This document shows positions 1 to 13,434 of a DNA stretch of 64,000 nt, in pieces. The translations under genes and the position numbers were made by a program. The notes beneath the pieces were generated by a model that worked only from the letters and a program-made list of their open reading frames with translations, did no database searches and was not told the origin of the DNA. The DNA comes from Mobula hypostoma (lineage: Eukaryota): contig NC_086097.1 of the NCBI RefSeq assembly GCF_963921235.1, positions 209,872,001-209,936,000 on the forward strand, given 5' to 3'. Each line of letters begins with the position of its first letter. Within the stretch, counting starts at the first letter, position 1.

Positions 1-699
1 TCTGTTTCCACTGCACTTGCCTCATTCCTGTCCACTGATTTGTAGATTGCAGTTATTTCTGTCCAACAATCCCACCAAATATAATAACCGTGCTGTAGTT
101 GATTGCTTAACTTTGATTACTTATACAATAATTGCAATGTTTCCTGTTTCCCATGTCTTTTCATGAATAATTACCCTCAATATCCACTGATTCCCATCAG
201 GGCATGCATTTTTGTCCTCGGTTCTCTTGGTACAAAGGTCAATTTACTACAATAAGGTCTATTACTTGGTCTTAAGTGATTCGGTTTTGTTTTCGCTTTA
301 TTAGAAAAGGGACCAACAATTAAGGATAAGCAATTGCTCAAGACTTCCCAATACACATGGAGCCCACATAAAGGCTGGGACATTGCCCCTCCTAATAATG
401 GTTGACTAAGGCATTAAAAATGACAGCCCTCAGTAATGGTACAAGTTGGCTATTAGGCTGAGGAAAATGAATGGAGATAATTTTCCACCAATTCCTTTTT
501 TAAAGAACTTTCATCAGCCAGGGTTTTCCCTTATATGGGTGGCTAAATGACAATGAATTATTAAAGCTGTCATACAGCTACATCAGTTTAACTGTGACTC
601 TCACCCACCCCTACCCATCTGATTCATTTTTGCTGGGGTTTATCCTGGAACGTTTTCATCAGCAGCATTCTAATTTGTCGTTCTGCCAGTTTGTGTTTG

Positions 700-850
700 G
701 TTGCCATAGAATCAGAGCTCTTCAGCCCATCTACTCCAAGCTAAACTATTACACCTAGTTTCATCACTGTGCACCTGGACCATAATGCTCCAAACCCCTC
801 CCATCCATATACTTATCCAAATTTCTCTTAAATGGTGAAATCAAATTTAC
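700..850 (-). mobile_element. Old CR1 LINE 3' tail fragment
   Basis: Resembles the reverse-oriented CR1 3' UTR seen elsewhere in the window (e.g. 30605-30865). Confidence 0.5.
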
Positions 851-1029
851 TCTGATCTCCCATTATTGAAAATGTAGGCAGAAGAAATCAAAAAATAAAT
901 TAGCCTGGTAAACAGTAAGACTATTTTAGGAGAAAGCACAAACTGACTACAAATGAGATTTGTGGCTGTATCTTACAGCAAATTTTTTGATTTCTATATC
1001 TCATTCCTGTATTAACAGTCATGTAAATA

Positions 1030-1636
1030 CAATGGGTGATTGATAAATTCATGGCCTAAGGTAGACGGAGGCAATTTTAGAAAACCTAACACATTTATTT
1101 TTCAACATAGGCCCCTCCTACATTTACACACTTAGTCCAGCGGTCGTGGAGCATACGGATCTTGGACCGCCAGAAAGTGTCCACAGCAGAGGTGATTGAT
1201 AAGTTCATGACCCAAGGTAGAAGACGATGAGTTATACGGCTCTCGTTACATGCATATGCAGTTCAACTCTTTGAGTGATTATACAGAAAGTTTTAAGTTA
1301 ATAACTCATCAGTTAATAATGCATCAGGGGTCATTGATAAGTTCATGGCCTAAGGTAGATGGAGATGAGTTATTAACTTCAAACTTTCTGCATAATCACT
1401 CAAAGAGTTGACCTGCATGTGCATGTAACGAGAGCTGTATAACTCATCGCCTTCTACCTTAGACCACAAACTTATCAATCAATCATCTGTGGACACTTTC
1501 TGGAAGTCCAAGATCCGTATGCTCCATGACCGCTGGACTAAGTGTGTAGGAGGGGACTATGTTGAAAAATAAATGTGCTAGGTTTTCTAAAATTGACTCC
1601 TTCTACCCTAGGACACGAATTATCAATCACCCCTCG
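1030..1636. mobile_element. Mariner-type non-autonomous palindromic element (MITE)
   Basis: TA at 1028-1029 and 1637-1638. Termini caatgggtgattgataa / ttatcaatcacccctcg resemble mariner TACGAGGG ends. Arms ~1030-1310 and ~1364-1636 are inverted copies. Confidence 0.85.
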
Positions 1637-4600
1637 TAAATTCATTGTACTGTTTCAGCTCAGTGGTATAATTAATTTCAATTCAGCTACAAAAAATAAA
1701 AGCCACTTCCACAGCTTTGTGAGAAAAACAATATGCACACAAACATCAATGCCATCATAAGTTTATTGTTTACCCATTTACATTCATGAAGCCTACACAT
1801 CAGTTGTCCCTAATGCTAGTGTGGGAAATATGAAATCTTAATATTTACTCTGTCTCCCAAGTACTGTCTAAGTGGCAGCAGTGAATAAGATGGCTGACTG
1901 CTTTGTGTTAATATTGTCTAAATCTTGAAAAAATGCTGTAGCTCTTGCAGTTTGCATTGGCAATTTGAAAGCACCTCCTTATTGACACATGTATAGTAGT
2001 GAGACAGAATGCTCCAGTTAGCACTTACAGCTCCTCTCTGAATTAATCAGCTGCAGCTCTCATCAGGGTCCTGTATTGGTTGTGTAAATGTACCTTCTCC
2101 TCAGCTTAACCACCTGAACAGCCTTTGTGGCCTATAAATTACTTTAGATAAGCCTGGTGCTTTGATCCACTTTAAATACTGTTTTATGTTACCTGCTCAG
2201 CAACAGCATTAACAATGGAATCAATGACATTGATTTTGGCTATATCCCATTGTTACCATGATTTTGTGTTGATCATGACTGACACCAAAATCTGAAGCAT
2301 GGTTGTTTTGATATCTCATTCAGGTTTCATCAACCTTTGTTCCACTTTTATGCCTCCTTTATCCATCAAGCTCCTCAACTTCACCATCGATTATCTCAAA
2401 AGGAACTCACAAAAACTCTGGATAGTCAACCTTTCTCATTTCCTGGATACTGATTTGGTGCTCTTTCACTCCACCCACTAGATTACTTTGTTTACTCTGC
2501 TAAAAAGCAAAATTGAATAATTGTGAAGTTTATAGCCTATTCTTTCCTTTCAAGTAACGTTGAAATTATACCTATGGAATCCAAAAAGGCTTTTATCTTT
2601 GCCAAAGGTGTAGACTTTCTTCCACAACACTCCTCCATGATATGATAAATGTCAATAACACATTAGAAATTCAGGATCATGATTAAACAAAATCTTTCCT
2701 AGGCTCATTCACATGACACATAAAATTAAAAAGAAGCTTTATTTATCCCAGCCAGGTTTTGGTCAGAGGGTACCTAACTGCTAACCAAGTGTTTTACCAA
2801 TCACAACAATATGGGAGAGGACCACTTGGCTTTTACGGTTGTGTTTCAGAACCCAGGAAATCTATGACAAACTTATTGTGATTAATGATTCCTCACTGAC
2901 TTCAACCTTCCACATTGCTTTCACTATCACAATTATTTTTTTATTTGCATTTCTCAATTTTATCTATAATGTAGTCAGTGATCTTCTATAGTTTTTGCAT
3001 AAACTTTCTTTCTAATCTTCCTCTATACTTATGTATAATTCTTCTCCAAGGCTCTAAATCTGAAGTCATTCACATTCTTCCTCCTACTTACAACCCACAA
3101 TGTTCATACCAAAATTCATTACAGTTATTCTCATCAAACTCATTCTTTGCCAAAACCTTAAAACAAATAATACCTTTCCTTGCTTCACCTCCCCAACAAT
3201 CTTCAGACCTCTAGAATGCAAACTTTGCATTCACATTGCTTTCCTTACTTTTCTTGTGTTCTGTCATAATTTGCTTTGCACTTTCTTCCGGTTTCTCAGC
3301 AACAGAAAAACATCTTACCAATGTACTTTATGGGGAAAGCAACAGTTCAGTGACCAATTGTCAGGAATTAGAACACAGATTCATCAAAAGACCTGGTGTA
3401 TAGAAGCTTCTACTTAATGTCATATTGATATGAAATTAAACCAATTAATGAATATGTAGTTTGTATAAAATCCAAAAATTAGGAAAAGCATTTCAAGTTA
3501 TTCAATTTAATTTCCACCGATCTTCATCCTGACAAAGTAACCTAAATACTCTATTAGTGTTTTACCTAAGTTCTGTTTTAGAGGACACTTTTCAGTTCTG
3601 ACAAGCTAATGAAAATTATCCATGTGTGGTAGAACACTAAAAATCTTTTATGAACTCATTGTTGGCATTGACTTTCATTATATGTCGTGAGATAACTATC
3701 AGAACAACTGTTTTTACTAAGAATCTTAGCAAACAGAAACCATTTGGAACTAGAATAATCAGATTCAATAGTTCAAAATTGTCCCCAGGTCTTGACCTCC
3801 TCCAATGTGGCTATCCGTTATATACAAATACAAGATAGAGGAACTTATTCAGCTTGAGGAGAACAAGTTGAAAATTAACAGTAACTTGAGAGGAGTTTAT
3901 TCCCACGGGAAAGGAGCTCCAATGGAAATTTTAACCAAAATGCTATCTGACTCGACCAGAGGATCCCATGATTGTCATGATGCCCCCTCAAAATGATCTC
4001 AAGGGCTTGATGAGAAAAGCAATTACTTTTCCATGTGAGCAGTAATGTGGCGACAAGTAATCCAACTCGATTTAGAAATGTGCTGCCAATGCACTCCATT
4101 CAAACACGCTAATGATTCTGTCTCCAGTATTTAGAGTATTTCCAAATTAGTAGTCACAGAGCTCATATGGTTATAATTGTTTCTATCATCCTTTCTGGCC
4201 TCAATGCTCCTGAATTTCATTGTCATCACCTCCCCAAACTTTTTACCTCCCTGTGCGCTTTCAGATCTACTTCTCTAACCAGGATTTCACTCCAACTGAT
4301 AACCCATAAACACAGTGCCATGCTTTTCCTTAAGTTTAATGGAGCACTGGGACATTTTTCCAAATTTAAGTATCTAGGAGTCCAAATTAGTTATGAATAA
4401 GTCTTGTTTTTAATATAATCACTTATTTATAAATACTGCTTTTTCGACTGTTCAAATACTATGCGTAAAAATATTGTATAGCAATATTTTACCCGAGAAG
4501 TAAAATAATTCGGATATATCAGCTTGCTTATAACTTTAATATTCTAACTATTTTACAAAAAGGCACAAAATAATGTACATTAAAAATATAATTCCTGTTC

Positions 4601-7576
4601 ATAATTTTCCAACCACAGACTTAAATAATCAAGAAGTTATACACAAGGCATTCCCAAATTTTAATATGTACTATTGGCACATGAGGTTTCTTTAAAAAAA
4701 AGGACTCAGCTGGAAAATTATCCTTTTATTATTTAAGCTTTCAAATCCTAATGCTGGTCGCTTTGTTTAGAGATTATATTATTTTGACCATTATATCTTT
4801 AAACATTCAAAGTATTTCCATGATGCTGAGTGATTCTTTTGTTATTCAGATACATCAGAAAGTTCCCTTTGTGAAGAAAATGCAATAACAAAATTTGACC
4901 AGTTTAACATAATCAATATTTGATTAGAACTTCTGAAGTTTCTTTCCTCCCATGTATTTTCCATTCAGCCCATTTTAGTTACTTTAGAAAATAAGATCAG
5001 GGCAAGAAGAGGGATAACTGACTAGAAACAATGTTCATAAGCATAGGAGAAAGCCATTTGAGCCACTGTGCGCATTGTGAACAATTGTGTGGTACTTGTA
5101 AATTGCATTCTCATCGTTAATTCTTTATCTTGGATCATTTGTAGAGTTTTAATATATCCAGCCATTGGTCTTGATTACAAGATCCCTGTTACAATTTCCC
5201 TGCTTAAACCTCCAGAGTAGTTGCCTGAAAGACAAACTGCTCACCATAATTAAGACTCTAAAGTTTCTCCAGACCCCAATTTATCATTCTTTACATTCAC
5301 CAAAATCTGTTATTGCCGGACTGTAAGTAGCAACTACTGAATAATACAACACACTGACGGATTTGCTCACCCAGCAGGAGGAGAGTATTGAAAATATTCT
5401 AATCACATCTGGTTGCATTAATCAGGAACTAAGGGCAATTTGTTAAGAACTAAACCGATTTTGTTTGCAATTAGAAGGGAAAAGTATTAGTTATTTGATA
5501 CATTAAGTCATGAATTTCTGACTTACTACTACTGTGATCTTCTTGTATATACTGAAACATTCCATTCTCAACTTCCCAATATAATCCGCCTGGGAAGGAC
5601 TCTATATCATCAGCTTGGACTCAATATTACATCAGCATTTCATCCCATTTTACTTGATTTACTACCAGAGAACATGTACAATGCTTTTAAATTTATGTCA
5701 AATCATCTTTTTAAAATTCTGAACAAATTTCCTTTTATGCCTGATCTACTTTAAGTTATTATCCTGCTATGAATCATTTTAACAAGTCTGAAACATAGTT
5801 TAGAGGAAACAAAAACAAATATAAGCACAACTATCATCTGGTTGATCTCAGGTGCTAAGGATTAAATGAAATCATCCACACACTTCTGTCTGCATTCCCT
5901 TGACATCTATTAAAAAGACCATGTGTGAGAAGAGAGTGGGTCCAGCTGCGGCATTTCAGTAGTCCGCCAATGTAGGATGACATGTAGGGAAAATGAGTGA
6001 AGCACAGTGGAGAGCCACCAAATAGAGTATCATAACCCGGCTTAGGCCAGCAGATACAGGAGATGAAGGGAGAACTAAATTGAAAAAGAAATGCACCACA
6101 TACAACAGCACTGTAAAAGTGGCAGACTGTGCTACAAAGTATATTTGCACATTTACATGTTATTGTATTGTTTTAATCATCATGTGCTATATCATTGCCA
6201 GCTCAACAAAGGAGTGGCAGCCATAAAAATAACTATTTGCATTATAGGTGATGATGGCCTAACTAACAGAAATAATGCTATAATGGGCACAGTTAAAAAA
6301 ATAAACGTGTACTGTCATTGTCTTTTGTGTAATATATTTATCATGTAAAAATATTCATAAGGAATTTTGTGAGATCCTAGAGTTTTGATATGACTGTAAT
6401 AGTAGCTAATTATGTACGTTTGCACTTCAACCTAACCTTTGTATTGTCTGTTGGAATGGTGATCCATTTTGTGCTGTGAAAGTAAATGTATGCACTCTAA
6501 ATTGATGTACAGTAACTTTAGTAATTGAGTGAGCCATTGTTTTTCATTTGTGAATCAATTTTATATCATATCTTGCATATAACTTGTAAATACCCATTTT
6601 TGATTTTTCAGATTTTTAGTTTTGTACTGATAAGCATTTGTTCACATTGAGTAGTTAATTCCACCATCAGCTATGCAAAAAGGTAAAACCGAGATATTTC
6701 CCAACGTGATTTCCCTTTTTATTGAGCTAAATGCTGTTATGCGGGTGGACTTTTTATTCTTTATTCCTATCAAAAGATTTTAATCGAGATTTGCAGACCC
6801 AGTTTTTAACAGTGATCCAACCCAGGTAGTATAAATATATTGTGTAATGTGAGGAAATTAAAGCAGTTGTTACATTTTGTAACTGACTGGATGGCCTACT
6901 TCATTTAATATCGCAGAAGTTCTTGTTAGCTATGCATTCTTGTAGTTTAATATTTCTCTTTTTTAAAATCTACAGTGTATTTGTTTTGGTGTACACCATA
7001 CATTGATGCAAAATTATTGATGTTGACATGTAAAGTGTAATACCACTCTGAGGTTGCTTAATTCAAACAACCAATTTCACACTTTCTCTGACCATAGTAT
7101 AACAACAATTTAAGGCTTCACATCTTACAGCCAATTGCAACAAAATTTATTAGATATCATTTTTCACCCTTTTGAATGTCCAGAACTCTGATTTTTCTGG
7201 GTAAAAAAATAACACAGTATTGGTGGGCTTGCATGAAAGCAGAAACAGCATCCTTCAAGGAACAGTTTCTATTGTTCAAAAGCAATAGAATGTTCAAATT
7301 AATGTTCATCTGAAATTTATAATATGAAAGGTCGGCACTAAATCATTCCTGGTATGGTTTTGGTCTTTATAAATTCCAGCAGTAAGATTCTGGAAGAAAA
7401 AAATATGCTAATACTGAAGTCATGCAATGGTACTAGCCACAGGTGAATAGGACCAAAACCTGACATGAATTGCAGAAAAAGCCTGATGTAAATTGAACAA
7501 CCTGGCTGTAGGACATAGCTGAAGATACTGATTATCACTTCTGCTGAAAAGACCGCGAGAGACAATTAGGAGATGT

Positions 7577-7717
7577 TCTGAAGAAAGATATCGATCTGAA
7601 ATGTTAACTATTTATTCATTTCCATAGATGCTACCTGACTTGTTGAGATCCTCCAGCATTTTCTGTGTATTGCTTTGGATTTCCAGCAGCTCTACAGACA
7701 TTCTTGTGTTTGTAATG
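7577..7717 (+). mobile_element. Short Penelope-like element 3' end carrying a hammerhead-like motif
   Basis: 9-bp direct repeat aggagatgt at 7568-7576 and 7718-7726. Begins with tCTGAAGAaagatatcgatctGAAAtgtt, then the same tail as the GIY-YIG-bearing element at 13435-14150. Confidence 0.75.
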
Positions 7718-7803
7718 AGGAGATGTGAAGCTTGAGTTCTGAAATCCTATAAGTTACATTAGTAAGCAGAGATTGAATACAGTGTTATATATCATTGAAT
7801 ATA

Positions 7804-8377
7804 CAGTGGATTCCAGTTAATTGGGACACATTGGAACCAGTATATTTTGGCCTAATTAGCCATATTCATGGAAATAGTTAAAAAGGTATACTACCATTTA
7901 ATTGAGTGACAAATTATGTATTTAAGTGAAATACAAAACAAACTAGAATGCTATCAATGCTATTAAGGTACTACAAAACTGTGTATTAAACCGTAAGACC
8001 ATAAGAGAGAGGAGCAGAATTAGGCCATTCAGCCCATCAAGTCTGCTCCACCATTTCATCGTGGCTGCTCCATTTCCCTCTCAACTCCATTCACTTGCCT
8101 TCTCCCCGTGACCCTTCATACCCTGACTAATCAAGAAACTATCAACCTCCGCTTTGACTATACCGAATAACCAGACCCCTACAGCCGCCTGAGGCAAAGA
8201 AAGCCACACAGTGCACGTTTCTGACACTAGTTAGAAACTGTTGGGCTATAATCTCCTGTCCCAATTAAATAGTGTCACAAATAAATGAAGGGAATCCTGG
8301 CCGTTTTCTCAGTTAGTTTCTCTTCTTTAAGAGGCTGCCCTGATTAATCAGTGGGCCCAATGAACCAGAACCCACAG
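7804..8377. mobile_element. Tigger/pogo-like non-autonomous DNA transposon with a nested CR1 tail (~7990-8200, minus)
   Basis: TA|cagtggattccagttaattggg ... cccaatgaaccagaacccacag|TA. Same family as 55503-56308, in the opposite orientation. Confidence 0.75.
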
Positions 8378-8429
8378 TAGTTCAATTCCTGCTAGTGAAT
8401 GTACACCCAGACAATTCTCATTCAGGTTG

Positions 8430-8566
8430 GAAACACAAATGATTCTGCAGATGCAGGAAATCCAGAGTAACACATATTCAAAATGCTAGAGGAATTCAGC
8501 AGGTTAGGCAACATCCATTGAAAGAAATAAAGAGTCGACATTTTGGGGCGGAGATGTACCTACTCC
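8430..8566 (-). mobile_element. Short Penelope-like element 3' end
   Basis: 14-bp TSD tctcattcaggttg at 8416-8429 and 8567-8580. Family tail is present; truncated within the hammerhead stem II region. Confidence 0.8.
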
Positions 8567-8599
8567 TCTCATTCAGGTTGATCTCTCAAGACCTGATAT

Positions 8600-8880
8600 G
8601 ATCTTGCCACAGAGTTCCAGTGAACTAGGTTCAATCCCGATTTCAGATGCTGCTGGTTTGCAGTTTGCACATTCTCTTTGTAACCATCCCAGATGTGTAG
8701 GTATGCCTGTTGGCTGATGTGTATTGTTCCTAATCTAATGTAGGTGGGAGCAGGGCAATAGAGGGGAGTTGACGGATATGCAGAAAACAATGAACTGCAG
8801 GGAGATAAAATGGGAAATCAAACTAAAGGGTGTGCTCTGAGTAACCACACAGACTCAGTTGACCAAATGAGCTTCTGTGA
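8600..8880 (+). mobile_element. Degenerate tRNA-derived SINE (V-SINE/HE1-like)
   Basis: B-box-like ggttcaatcc followed by gtttgcacattctc..gtaacc, similar to 18080-18360. Confidence 0.5.
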
Positions 8881-11800
8881 CATATGGAAATAAAAGAAAA
8901 CAAGTTGGAGAAAATACATTGTCAAGACTAAATATAAACTTAAAGATGAGTTGGAAGGGAAATACAATTGCTTCATTTTATATTTTGATTATATATTCTA
9001 ACAACCACATTTATAAATAAACTGCCTTTATAAATTTGTAATAGAGTGATTACAAATCCTTCATCGCACCAGTAGACATAACACATATTGAAGAGGCACT
9101 GGTTTCTCCGGAAACTATAGAGAAGCAATACTCCAGTATGTGTTATATGCTTTAGATGGTACACAATAGATTTGCAAATCTAACCCTTGTAGAAGTGTGG
9201 TGAGTGCAGAATTTGTGGGATATTCTCATGGGGCAGTTCTGGGACATGTATCGAGAGAATGGTGGGACAAGGGATCGTGTGCCTCTGAAAGTATACCACA
9301 TTATAAAAGTAGGGCCCCTGAGTCTGCAACCTTGGTGTCAATAGTCCCGGGCAATAAAAAAATTAAAGGTTTACCTTGAATCAGGACAGTCTTGCAACCA
9401 TCGAGGAGAAATCATGTTAGGATAAGCCTTTTAACTTCAACCGTTGGATTAAGGCATGCGCTTGGAATTAAGGCTTGGGCTCACTTGCTATCACTGTAAT
9501 CATCTAGTGGTCTCCCTTCAGAGAATGCCATAGAGTGGCCTGGTGTGTAATGTATGAATGAAATTTTTACCCACAATTTGAAATTGGAATTTTCAGGAAA
9601 AAAATATTGCTTAGCACATTGAATGTTGTGCTGAACAATAGAATTCGTAACACAGGAATTAAAAATTCTTCTACTTTCCATTCCCAAGTGTAAATCTAAA
9701 GTGAAAAGGAGAAAAAACTAGAAATAACCAGCAAGTTAGGCAGCACCCTTGGAGAGAGAAACAGAGATAACATTTCAGGCTCCTTCCACTGGTCGGATGT
9801 GATAAAGAATCATGAACCACAGAGGACAGTTCAATTTTATTGACATATACTGTCATGTCTTGGATTTCTATATATGTGTACTCAAACATGGAAGTTCCAG
9901 ACCTAATTATAGTCGGCACATTTTATGTGCATTTTCACTGCATTCCCTATTGGAGTACAGCAGTGTTACTAGATCTTATTGAATTCCCCAGTATTTACAA
10001 TTGATTTCAGTGATGACTCTATCACAACAGGAAGACAAGTCAAATGGCCTAATTCTGCTCCTGTGTCTTATTGAATAAGGAAGTTCATTTTTTTTAATTA
10101 TATGTGATTTTTTATTCCTTTTCATTATTTAAAAGTTTTAAGTTCTATTATACTTTATAACATAATGTTTAATATAATCCACTGTTTCATTTTTATTTAA
10201 TATCTGATTATAAACAATTATTCTCTAGCTTACTATGTACCAAAAGACAGGCTCTCTACTTCTAAAGGAGATGAGTTTTGAGAGTGAAGCATTTGTGGGT
10301 GCAAGTTCACTTAGCAGTGTTTCTATCTCTGTGGATGTTGTCTGATTTGCTGAGTATTTCTATTTTCATTTCATCTGAAGGCTACCTTTATTGCCAACAC
10401 CCATTACACATGCCATGGGAGATGGATAAAATGGAGAGGAATATGCCAATTAAAAGAAAACCTATGTTCTTGACATTAGGCTTTAACTGTTAAATCTAAA
10501 GGCATTAGTTAAAAAAAGGAATTTATTCTGAAAAGTGTCAACACGAAACGCAAACTGATGTGGTTATTTACAGTGTGAACTAAACAAGGTGAATGTGTCA
10601 CTTGTGTACGATGGTTTTTGTGCTGCAGGAGAATGGTTTTATTTTGCAAAATATTGTACGTTATAACTACCTCAACTGTGGTTTACTTTAAACATACATT
10701 TTAAAGATTCATTTTATAGTAATTCATCTGAGAAAGCACTTTGCATTTTCTAGTCTCTTATAATACTTTTTGTAGATTTTATTGAAAATTTCAATGTGAG
10801 CAATTTATTTTCAGTAGTAGTGTGCAGGTCCACTGGGGTAGATTTTAAAGTGGACATAATGCTGGCCTTGTAGTTCAGTGGCCTTTCTTGAAACCTATGA
10901 GCTAGAAATGAAACTTGGGCATTTCCTTTAATGGACAGTTCATCCACAACAGCAATTTATATCCACCCACAACTTTGCCCCTATATATGGTATTCAATTT
11001 CATAATTATGGTAAACTTTAATGGGAAGCTCAAATCTACAAATATTTTACTTACATGCATTACCTTTTGATACATTGCATCAAATTTTACATTCCTTACC
11101 ATGCAAACAGAACTAGATCTTTTATGCCTGAATATACAGTCAACAAATTCTAATAAAGAGGAAGGATTTTACATTTCAAATATTGTCCAGCCAAATATTA
11201 ATTCTGCTCTCAGTGACGTACTTCACACTTTAGAAGGTGCTTACTCCCCTTATTTTAGAAGTTCTTTTACATTTTTGGTAAATGCATCAGCTGATCAATC
11301 TCACACATGTAATGAAATAATAGAAAACTATATCGGTGTTTACACAGTCATAAGCTAAACATTTAAGGCAGTACAAGTACAGTAGTGGAAAGATGCAGTA
11401 GAGAATTGTGTGCTTTTAGTAATCCTCTTATAATACATCTGAAATAATGTGACAACAAAATAATCTTACTGTGAATAATGAACTGATTTATAATAGCGTA
11501 ATCTCTTTCTATCACACATTCCTTTAAAAATAGATACTGTAAAGATTCTATTGGTTAGTGGCTGCTAATGTAACGCTATTCAGCAATAGAATAAGCTTTC
11601 GTGAACAAAATAATCAGAATGTGCATTGTGTATTTATTATTCCGACTGTAGTGAATTGAATCATAATGGAATTTAAAATAGTAAGATTAGTCGTGTCTTT
11701 TTTTTGTAAAATAATTGGAATACTTGAAATTTTATATACTGTATCTGAGACTTTTTTGTATACTTTTTATTTTAACTGCAGCAGAAGGTACCAAATTCAT

Positions 11801-12079
11801 TGAATAAATACACTGTGGCCATTTTAGCAGTTTAATTTGCTTGTCTGTGTCCTTCTTAACAAAATAAACTTTCAACTCAGGGTCTAACTTTTGCAGAAAG
11901 TATTGGAGCATGGAAAGTGCTATGTGGGTCACAGGCTTGAGCATCATGCTAGCATCCTTACTCTGCCTACTAGTCTTGCTATTAATTTCCCTAAGGATCT
12001 TTCCCAACTATCAGTTATAATTCCTCGGTGGAAGTATAGTCATTGGAAGTTCTACTTTATCAAATAGTGATATTTTGTT

Positions 12080-13430
12080 TCCCATAGTGGGGAGGCCAGG
12101 ACTGGTAGCTCAGTGTTCCAGCATAGACAAGTTTCAAGAGTGAAAAACAGCGGTGCAGAAGGGGAGAGGATGTTGCACTGCAGAGCAGGGAGAACACTAT
12201 GGCAGTACACAGGGAAGATATCCAGGAGGAATCAGCCAGGGAAGTTATGTGAAATAAGAAAGAGGGTTATACTCTAGGTCTCCTAGTAGTCAACAGGAAT
12301 TAGAAGAATAGATATGCAGGTAAATTACAGAATGGTTTAAAAACAATGGTGTTGCAGTACTGTCTGATACTGGTCCAAATATTAACTATAATTGTCTTGG
12401 TATGTGGGATTAGATGAGACAGAATTGATAAAATACTGGCCACTTTATCAGGTATACCTGAATACATGCATGCAAATATCTACTCTTCCAATCATGCAGA
12501 TATGGTCAAAAGGTTCAGTTGTTCTTCAGACTAAACATCAGAATGGGGAAGAAATGTGATTTAAGTGACTTTGACGTGGAATGATTGTTGGTGCCAGATG
12601 GGGTGGTTTGAGTAACTCAGAAACTGCTCATCTCCTGGGATTTTGACCCACCGTAGTCTCTAGAACTCACAGAGAATGGTGCAAATAACAAAAAAAAAGC
12701 ATCAGGTGAGTGACATTTCCCTTGGGGAAAAAAAATCTTATGAATGAGGGTTCAAAGGAGAATAGTCAGACTGGTTCAAGCTGACGATAAGGATATAGTT
12801 GCTCAAATAACCATGCATTACAACAGTGGTGTGCAGAAGAGTATCTCTGAATGCACGACACATCGAAACTTGAAGTGGACGGGCTACAACACAGAAGATC
12901 CCAAACATACACTCATGGCCACTTTATTAGGTACAGAAGATACCTAATACCTAAAGTGACCACTGAGTGTACATTCAAAAGAGTTTTTTTGGACAGTAGC
13001 TAGAATGTCTACCAACAAGCAGGCAAGGGTTTAACTTACTTCCGAGAATGAGGAGGATGGGCAAGTGACAGAAGTATATGTGGAAGAAACTTTCGGGAAC
13101 AGTGAACATATTTAGTAAGCTTCAAGATCATCACAGGTAACAAGGACCAACCTTTGGGCCGTAAAACTAGGAGAAGGCAAATTTCAATAGTATAAGTCAA
13201 GTCCTGTTAGATGTAAACTTACCATGGTTGGTTGAGGGAAAACATTTTAAAAGACAGATAACATTCACATGTCCACATTAGGGTAAGAAGGAAAGCTGGG
13301 TTAAAGAATATTGAATGTTTAACCAGGCAAAAGGAAATATATGTCTGGTATCGGTACCAAACAAGTCCTTCGGGTTTCTAGAAGAGAACATAAGAAAGAA
13401 ATTAGGTATAATCAAAGGGGTTATGAAATG
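12080..13430 (+). mobile_element. Highly degenerate CR1 ORF2 endonuclease-region relic, interrupted by a Tc1 element
   Basis: Sequence flanking the Tc1 joins into a GLD..E..K..Q..FL.Q....PT-like CR1 endonuclease segment, with many stops and frameshifts. Confidence 0.55.
12434..12971 (+). mobile_element. Short internally deleted Tc1-family element
   Basis: TIR-like tggccactttatcaggta (left) and tacctaaagtgaccactgagtg|TA (right). Internal peptide QRRIVRLVQADDKDIVAQIT.HYNSGVQKSISECTTHRNLKWTGY resembles the Tc1 DNA-binding region. Confidence 0.8.
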
Positions 13431-13434
13431 ATCT

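Noticed and set aside
2270..3400. Possible very old Penelope-like coding relic
   Set aside because: C/T-rich composition and a faint GIY-YIG-like stretch only; too degenerate to call.
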